From: Saprospirales bacterium
Lineage (GTDB): Bacteria; Bacteroidota; Bacteroidia; Chitinophagales; CAMDFR01
Reading direction: 5' to 3'
Length of the DNA stretch: 51,810 nt
NCBI GenBank assembly: GCA_947464015.1
Contig: CANHVE010000001.1
Span: forward strand, 1-51,810
Positions 46,568 to 51,810 of this stretch are shown here, one piece after another; the first letter of the stretch is position 1, and each line of letters starts with the position of its first letter. The notes beneath the pieces were generated by a model. The model was not told the origin of the DNA. It saw nothing but the letters and a program-made list of their open reading frames with translations, and did not search any database. Both the position numbers and the translations under genes were made by a program.

Positions 46568-47032
46568 ATGATGGTGAACAAGAAAAAAGATTTTTTTGCC
46601 TTAGTTGGATTGCTAATATTGGTGCTGTTTTTAGCCGTTTCTTGTATGAATAAAAAAAGATGTCCTGGGGTGCATCGATATACTACACAAGCTGGAACTG
46701 GAAAAGAGCGAAAATTAAATAGTACAGGCATTTCAAATCCAAATCATAGTGCCAAATCAAAGAAAAAATATACTACAGCACGATATGGAGGCGCTGTTAC
46801 CGTTGATAGTCGACTGAAAGGAGGTGGTATGAATTATAGTGGTGGAATGTTAAAAGATAGGCGAGAAAGCCCTAATAATAGCGGAACTGGAGCTTGGACC
46901 AAGAAAAATAGAAATAAAGACAAACATAAGGCTAAAAGTGGTATTATCCCACATAATTTGAAAAAACCACCCAAACCTAAAAACCAAAAATCGGCTACTA
47001 AAAAAGTTACTAAAAAGAAGTATAAAGAATAA
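46568..47032 (+). CDS. Polybasic, low-complexity predicted lipoprotein
   Basis: 154 aa with a signal peptide and lipobox (LAVSC). The mature part is almost devoid of hydrophobic residues, with about 35 K/R against 6 D/E by my count, and it has a KKPPKPKNQK tail. Confidence 0.5.
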   Translation: MMVNKKKDFFALVGLLILVLFLAVSCMNKKRCPGVHRYTTQAGTGKERKLNSTGISNPNHSAKSKKKYTTARYGGAVTVDSRLKGGGMNYSGGMLKDRRESPNNSGTGAWTKKNRNKDKHKAKSGIIPHNLKKPPKPKNQKSATKKVTKKKYKE

Positions 47033-47046
47033 TTTATGCTAGCTCA

Positions 47047-47075
47047 AATACTGCATTTTTTTAATATGTAGTGTT
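47047..47075 (+). terminator. Possible terminator after the polybasic lipoprotein gene
   Basis: aatactgcat / atgtagtgtt forms a 10-bp stem that includes 2 G-U pairs, with a 9-nt loop. It is followed by a T/A-rich tract. Confidence 0.3.
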
Positions 47076-47136
47076 TAAAAATTTTATCTATTTCCATAAT
47101 GTTAGTTCATAAAATTAATAGTATTTTAGCATCTCT

Positions 47137-48633
47137 ATGTTAAGACAGCATCTCAATCAAAAACTTTTGCAAAAATTGTCTCCTCAGCAGATACAGCTGA
47201 TGAAACTATTGCAAGTACCTACTGATCAACTAGAGCAGCGGATTAAAGAAGAATTAGAAATTAATCCTGCATTAGAAGAAAATAGTCAGGATGTATTTGA
47301 TGCAGATAAGCCAGAAGCTGAAGAAACTTCCTCTGAAGGGGATATGGATGAATCGGAAAGTTTTGATGATACTCCTGAATACAATGACGATAATATCAAT
47401 TTGTCTGATTATTTCGATGAAACGGATAATACCGCTTCCTACAAATATAATAGTATGGATTATAATCCAGATGATGATGAAGATCGATCTAGTCCAATTT
47501 CAATCAATGTGACTTTTCATGAATACCTTGAACAGCAATTAGGTTTATTACCTCTTGAAGATAGAGAATACTTAATAGCCAAACAAATCATAGGCAGTAT
47601 AGATGAAGATGGCTATATGCGTAGAGAATTAGAAGCCATAGTGGATGATTTAGCTTTTTCATCGAATATTATAAGTAATGAAAAAGAAATCATTGAGCTT
47701 TTAGGTGAGATACAAAAATTTGATCCTGCTGGAGTTGGTGCATGCGATTTGCAAGAGTGTTTATTATTGCAATTACATCGTATTGAACATAAAAATGTAT
47801 ATACAAATTTAGCTATAGATATTATCACTAATTCTTTTGATGAGTTTACAAAAAAGCATTACGATAAATTACAAAAAATTCATGAAGTAGATGAGGCGCT
47901 TATTAAAAAAGCAATGGAAGAAATCTTAAAGCTTAATCCAAAGCCAGGAAGCGCTTATAATGAAGGTGGTGCAAAAATGACTCAGCATATTATTCCAGAT
48001 TTTTTAATTGAAAATAATAATGGCGATTTAGTATTAAGATTGAATAGTAAGAATGCTCCTGAATTACGAGTAAGCGATACATTTAAAGAAATGCTTACTG
48101 ATTATAATAAAACAAAAGAAAAAACGAAACAGCAAAAAGAAGCCGTGATGTTTATCAAACAAAAAATTGATGGCGCTAAATGGTTTATTGATGCTGTGAA
48201 ACAAAGGCAACAAACTTTATTGAAAACCATGCGCGCAATTATGGAGTTTCAATATAAATATTTTTTAAGTGGAGATGAAACGGATTTAAAACCAATGATT
48301 TTAAAAGATATTGCATCTATTACACATTTAGATATATCGACGGTTTCAAGAGTAGCTAATAGTAAATATGTTCAAACTGAATTTGGAACATTCCTATTGA
48401 AAAACTTTTTTAGTGAGTCGCTTAGTACGGATAGTGGAGAGGAAGTAAGTACACGTGAAGTAAAAAAAATACTTACAGACCATATAAGTGTAGAGAATAA
48501 AAAGAAACCATTGAGTGATGAAAAATTAACTCAAATATTAAATCAAGCCGGTTATAATATTGCTCGTAGAACCGTAGCTAAATATAGAGAACAATTGAAT
48601 ATACCTGTTGCACGTTTAAGAAAAGAATTATAA
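47137..48633 (+). CDS. rpoN: RNA polymerase sigma-54 factor
   Basis: 498 aa. It has a region I Gln/Leu-rich start (LNQKLLQKLSPQQIQLMKLLQ), an acidic region II, and the RpoN box (ARRTVAKYREQL) near the C-terminus. Confidence 0.95.
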   Translation: MLRQHLNQKLLQKLSPQQIQLMKLLQVPTDQLEQRIKEELEINPALEENSQDVFDADKPEAEETSSEGDMDESESFDDTPEYNDDNINLSDYFDETDNTASYKYNSMDYNPDDDEDRSSPISINVTFHEYLEQQLGLLPLEDREYLIAKQIIGSIDEDGYMRRELEAIVDDLAFSSNIISNEKEIIELLGEIQKFDPAGVGACDLQECLLLQLHRIEHKNVYTNLAIDIITNSFDEFTKKHYDKLQKIHEVDEALIKKAMEEILKLNPKPGSAYNEGGAKMTQHIIPDFLIENNNGDLVLRLNSKNAPELRVSDTFKEMLTDYNKTKEKTKQQKEAVMFIKQKIDGAKWFIDAVKQRQQTLLKTMRAIMEFQYKYFLSGDETDLKPMILKDIASITHLDISTVSRVANSKYVQTEFGTFLLKNFFSESLSTDSGEEVSTREVKKILTDHISVENKKKPLSDEKLTQILNQAGYNIARRTVAKYREQLNIPVARLRKEL

Positions 48634-48636
48634 CCC

Positions 48637-49335
48637 ATGAATGTAGTTAGTAATAACCCAGATGTCCCTGCTCGTAATACGCTTAAGTATTGGTTTGCAA
48701 GATTTTTTTCAAATGTTTTCCATCCATTTTTTATGCCTACTTTAAGCACCATTTTGTTATTCTTGTGCTTTCCATATCGATTTGCAGAGTATCCGCAGAA
48801 AGCACTTGTTTTAAGTGTAGGATTAGTGTTCGCTATAACTGTCATTTATCCAGTATTAGCTATTGTGATTATGTATAAAATGAATATGATTCAAAATGTA
48901 AATTTGCGTAATCGAAAAGATAGAATTATCCCCTACGTAGTTACCCTTACTTTTTATACTTGGATTTGCTATATGGCTTTGGTGCCAACCAATAACAATA
49001 CTTTATTCCCGAATGATTTTATATTTAGTCATATGATGTTAGCTATGACCTTATCAATTATCATTGCCTTTGTGGCGAATAATTTTTTAAAAGTGAGTAT
49101 GCATATGCTAGGTCAAGGAGGCTTTATAGGATTTTTATTATTTACAGCAAAATATGCCAGCTACAATTTTCAGTGGATTTTTATTATTGCCTTATTCGTT
49201 GCGGGCTGTGTAGGTTCGGCACGTTTGATTTTAAAAGCACATACTTTACAAGAAGTCATTGCTGGATTTTCGATTGCCATAATAGCAGAATATATGGCCT
49301 TTGTATTATTACCTAGTTGGGGAATTTTTAGTTAA
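48637..49335 (+). CDS. Integral membrane protein, degenerate PAP2-like
   Basis: 232 aa with about 6 TM helices. The C-terminal GSARLILKAHTLQEVIAG resembles PAP2 motif 3 (SRxxxxxHxxxD). It starts 3 nt after rpoN. Confidence 0.55.
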   Translation: MNVVSNNPDVPARNTLKYWFARFFSNVFHPFFMPTLSTILLFLCFPYRFAEYPQKALVLSVGLVFAITVIYPVLAIVIMYKMNMIQNVNLRNRKDRIIPYVVTLTFYTWICYMALVPTNNNTLFPNDFIFSHMMLAMTLSIIIAFVANNFLKVSMHMLGQGGFIGFLLFTAKYASYNFQWIFIIALFVAGCVGSARLILKAHTLQEVIAGFSIAIIAEYMAFVLLPSWGIFS

Positions 49336-49354
49336 GAATTGAAATTTATATCAT

Positions 49355-49399
49355 AAAAAAAGGTATTCTACATTTTGAAGAATACCTTTTTTATTTTTT
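49355..49399. terminator. Bidirectional rho-independent terminator
   Basis: The stem aggtattct / agaatacct has a 9-nt loop and is flanked by an A-run and a long T-run. It lies between convergent genes. Confidence 0.75.
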
Positions 49400-49411
49400 T
49401 CTGACGGCCAA

Positions 49412-49813
49412 TTAGAAAGGCAAATCATCTGATATTTCGCTGTTCATATTGCTTGCTGGCATAGTAGCATTATTGCTTAATACTTCACTCATGGGAGTAA
49501 AGCTTCCAGCTGGTGCACTATTACTTGTTGGACTAGCAGCAGATGCAGTTGGATTTTTTTCTACTCTCCATCCTTGTAAGCTAACATAATATTTTCCTTG
49601 ATATTCATTTCCTCTTACATTAAAAGATACTTTTACTTTTTCGCCTATAGCACAAGATTGAAGAATATCAGCACGCTCTTTCACCATTTCAAATTTTACA
49701 TGTTGAGGATATTGTTCTTCAGTAGTAATAACAAATTCTCTTTTTGAAAAACCACTTGGGAAAGTTTGTGTGTCGTAAATTTCTTTGATAGTTCCGGTTA
49801 ATTCTAAACTCAT
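49412..49813 (-). CDS. DUF3127-like protein with a disordered linker and an SSB-type C-terminal tip (EISDDLPF)
   Basis: 133 aa. The N-terminal ~85 aa (MSLELTGTIKEIYDTQTFPSGFSKREFVITTEEQYPQHVKFEM...VSLQGWRVEK) match my recollection of DUF3127. A Ser/Ala/Pro/Asn-rich linker follows, and the protein ends ...DDLPF. Confidence 0.7.
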   Translation of the reverse strand: MSLELTGTIKEIYDTQTFPSGFSKREFVITTEEQYPQHVKFEMVKERADILQSCAIGEKVKVSFNVRGNEYQGKYYVSLQGWRVEKNPTASAASPTSNSAPAGSFTPMSEVLSNNATMPASNMNSEISDDLPF

Positions 49814-49993
49814 TTTGATTAATTATTTTATTAAAAACAAAGGTACTTGAAAAATGATGAATCTAAAAAAAATTGGCCGTACTTAAGTACTTATAAACAT
49901 TTAAGATCGAAATAGATACGAAAAGGATATAAGTCATTGCCTGAAACACTTACATATAAACAGATTGAAAGAAATAGTTTATTTTTACATATT

Positions 49994-50458
49994 ATGGATA
50001 AACAACATCAATATACCCTTCAACTACTATGGACGGGCAACCGAGGTGAAGGTACTACTAATTATGCTGCTTATGATAGAGCACACAGTATTCATATAGC
50101 AGGCAAAAAAATGATTGAGGCTTCTTCTGATGGTATCTTTCGAGGAGATGTAAGCAAACATAATCCTGAAGATTTTTTCTTAGCCTCCTTAGCTTCCTGT
50201 CATATGCTCTGGTATTTGCATTTATGCGCCGATGCAGGAATTGTAGTGCTAGCATATGAAGATCATCCAACTGCGGTTTTGTCTATAAATGAAGCTGGGA
50301 AAGGCAAATTTACAGAAGCGACATTGTTTCCAATTGTAACAATTGCAGATAAAAGTTTGAGTCAAAAAGCAATAGAATTACATCATAAGGCAAATGAGTA
50401 TTGTTTTATAGCGAATTCATGTAATTTTGCAATCAATCATCAAGTAACTATTCAATAA
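49994..50458 (+). CDS. OsmC-family peroxiredoxin-like protein
   Basis: I prefer the ATG at 49994 (MDKQHQYTLQLLWTGNRGEGTTNY), which is the typical N-terminus for this OsmC subfamily. The SCHMLWYLHLC cysteine motif is present. The track's TTG start at 49937 adds 19 unlikely residues. Confidence 0.85.
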   Translation: MDKQHQYTLQLLWTGNRGEGTTNYAAYDRAHSIHIAGKKMIEASSDGIFRGDVSKHNPEDFFLASLASCHMLWYLHLCADAGIVVLAYEDHPTAVLSINEAGKGKFTEATLFPIVTIADKSLSQKAIELHHKANEYCFIANSCNFAINHQVTIQ

Positions 50459-50474
50459 ATAAAAATATATTATT

Positions 50475-51665
50475 ATGTACGGAGCTTTACAACAACATCT
50501 ACAAAATGAATTAAAATCGATAGAAGAAGCAGGTTTATTTAAAAAAGAACGTATCATCACTTCTGCACAAGATGCCGAAATTACATTAAGTGATGGTTCA
50601 AAAGTGTTAAACTTTTGTGCTAATAATTATTTGGGATTATCCTCTCATCCACGCATAGTAGCGGCAGCTAAAAAGGCCATAGATACTCATGGATTTGGTA
50701 TGAGTAGTGTGCGTTTTATTTGTGGTACTCAAGATATTCATAAAACATTAGAGCAAAAGATTGCCACTTTTTTAGGAACAGAAGACACGATTTTATATGC
50801 CGCAGCTTTTGATGCAAATGGGGGTGTATTTGAACCATTATTTGGAGAAGAAGATGCCATCATTTCAGATGAATTAAATCATGCTTCTATTATTGATGGA
50901 GTGCGTTTATGTAAAGCGGCACGATTCAGATATAAAAATAATGATATGGCTGATTTGGAAAGATGCTTACAAGAAGCGAAAGCCAATCGATTTAAAATCA
51001 TTGTAACTGACGGTGTTTTCAGTATGGATGGCTATGTAGCTCAATTAGATAAAATTTGTGATTTAGCTGATAAATACAATGCTTTAGTGATGGTAGATGA
51101 ATGTCATGCGAGTGGATTTATTGGTCAAACAGGTAGAGGAACAATAGAATTAAAAAATGTAATAGGAAGAGTTGATATTATTACGGGTACTTTAGGTAAA
51201 GCTTTAGGTGGTGCAATGGGTGGATTTACCTCAGGCAGAAAAGAAATTGTTGAATTATTACGTCAACGTTCAAGACCTTATTTGTTTTCAAATTCATTAG
51301 CACCAAGTATTGTTGGGGCAAGTATTGAAGTGTTAGATATGTTGAGCGAAACGACTGAACTGCGTGATAAATTAGATTGGAATATCAAATATTTCAAAGA
51401 AGGGGTAAAGAAAATGGGTATCGATTATAAAGATGGAGAAAGTGCTATTGTTCCAATTATGTTATATGATGCAAAATTATCTCAAGTATTTGCTGATAAG
51501 TTATTAGCCGAAGGAATCTATGTGATAGGATTTTTCTATCCGGTGGTTGCTAAAGGCCAAGCAAGAATTAGAGTACAATTAAGTGCGGCTCACTCACAAG
51601 CTCATTTAGATAAAGCATTGGCTGCATTTGAAAAAGTTGGTAGAGAGTTGGGCGTAGTGAAATAG
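50475..51665 (+). CDS. kbl: 2-amino-3-ketobutyrate CoA ligase (glycine C-acetyltransferase)
   Basis: 396 aa with [28 protein letters not shown] and the PLP lysine context GTLGKALGG. Confidence 0.95.
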   Translation: MYGALQQHLQNELKSIEEAGLFKKERIITSAQDAEITLSDGSKVLNFCANNYLGLSSHPRIVAAAKKAIDTHGFGMSSVRFICGTQDIHKTLEQKIATFLGTEDTILYAAAFDANGGVFEPLFGEEDAIISDELNHASIIDGVRLCKAARFRYKNNDMADLERCLQEAKANRFKIIVTDGVFSMDGYVAQLDKICDLADKYNALVMVDECHASGFIGQTGRGTIELKNVIGRVDIITGTLGKALGGAMGGFTSGRKEIVELLRQRSRPYLFSNSLAPSIVGASIEVLDMLSETTELRDKLDWNIKYFKEGVKKMGIDYKDGESAIVPIMLYDAKLSQVFADKLLAEGIYVIGFFYPVVAKGQARIRVQLSAAHSQAHLDKALAAFEKVGRELGVVK

Positions 51666-51700
51666 ATTTTTTATAAATACAGATAAATTATATCTTCGTA

Positions 51701-51810
51701 TTAAACTCTCGTATTTTCCAATAAACTGCATCGGTATTTTGATATTGGGCTTTCCTCATTGTAATGAAATTTCTCATTATTCGAATATACTAGATAATAC
51801 ATGTGTTTAT
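51701..51810 (-). CDS. Possible 3' end of a minus-strand gene whose start lies outside the window
   Basis: An open frame runs from the window edge to the TAA at 51701..51703 (...KHMYYLVYSNNEKFHYNEESPISKYRCSLLENTRV). It is too short to identify. Confidence 0.3.
   Translation of the reverse strand, partial: KHMYYLVYSNNEKFHYNEESPISKYRCSLLENTRV

Noticed and set aside
46531-46731. A 66-aa minus-strand ORF overlaps the start of the polybasic lipoprotein gene.
   Set aside because: The plus-strand frame has a textbook signal peptide and lipobox, whereas the minus frame has no features. The two are mutually exclusive, and I favour the plus strand. Neither is certain.
48552-48845. A 97-aa minus-strand ORF spans the rpoN / membrane-protein junction.
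   Set aside because: It overlaps the conserved RpoN-box region and the next gene's N-terminus. Neither flank shows signals for a minus-strand transcript.
49879-49890. A perfect 12-bp palindrome, GTACTTAAGTAC, lies in the divergent DUF3127/OsmC promoter region, with a third GTACTT at 49843..49848. GTACAAAAGTAC also overlaps the eno -7 box at 10437..10448.
   Set aside because: At about one-third GC, I roughly estimate on the order of twenty perfect 12-bp palindromes by chance in 52 kb. This assumes independent bases, with a per-pair match probability of about 0.28. The location is suggestive of a MarR- or OhrR-type operator, but I cannot separate it from chance without comparative data.
49937-49993. 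The ORF track gives N-terminal extensions for OsmC (TTG at 49937), IscA-like (29312) and XseB (13507).
   Set aside because: The conserved family N-termini begin at internal ATGs (49994, 29264 and 13483). The extensions add atypical residues and, for xseB, lengthen the overlap with xseA.

Overview
This is an AT-rich window (about one-third GC by eye) with very high coding density, and it reads as core chromosome of a Bacteroidota bacterium, probably Flavobacteriia-like. The lineage call rests on gldE-gldD gliding genes, three proteins with T9SS C-terminal sorting domains, a uppS-bamA-skp-skp-murI block, TAnnTTTG-type -7 boxes and no Shine-Dalgarno-like spacing.

I support about 55 CDS. All family calls come from motif recognition by eye, because no searches could be run.

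- **1-5.4 kb (minus strand):** HU, a TPR protein, a tiny basic protein, rng, mrdA and rodA (rodA is truncated by the window edge).
- **5.5-9 kb:** mutY-ssb-gldE-gldD.
- **9-22 kb (minus strand):** enolase, a TlpA-like oxidoreductase, Fe/Mn SOD, a secreted CotH-like protein, xseAB, an omega-amidase plus aminotransferase pair, an epimerase, a methyltransferase, yaaA, an orphan histidine kinase and an aldehyde dehydrogenase.
- **22-31 kb:** the uppS-bamA-skp-skp-murI envelope block, then thioredoxin-like, IscA-like, mce, HAD, tatC and rpiB genes.
- **32-34 kb:** a conserved hypothetical and a YbiT-like ABC-F ATPase.
- **34-40 kb:** PduO-type adenosyltransferase, DUF2795, a SIMPL-like protein, a large unknown T9SS cargo, and a PhoD phosphatase with three tandem Cys-containing repeats and a T9SS tail.
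- **40-45 kb:** a tightly packed symporter-LOG-M23-bcp unit.
- **45-52 kb:** a lipoprotein, pdxH, bTHX, a polybasic lipoprotein, rpoN, a PAP2-like membrane protein, a DUF3127-like protein, OsmC and kbl.

Two small ribosomal-type genes fall below the ORF-track length cutoff. One is bTHX with a Lys/Ala-rich tail, and the other is a 29-aa bS22-like peptide.

I found no rRNA, tRNA, CRISPR array, transposase, integrase, phage genes or recognisable defence island. This is an ordinary housekeeping region, so I cannot point to a clear multi-gene novel system.

The best lead is the DUF3127-like protein at 49412..49813. It has a fold-linker-tip architecture, and its last 8 residues (EISDDLPF) nearly copy the C-terminal partner-docking tip of the SSB encoded in the same window (EIADDLPF). 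Lesser leads are the PhoD tandem repeats, the secreted CotH kinase-like protein, the unannotated small basic proteins, a polybasic disordered lipoprotein, and a conserved hypothetical preceded by a tandem 13-mer.
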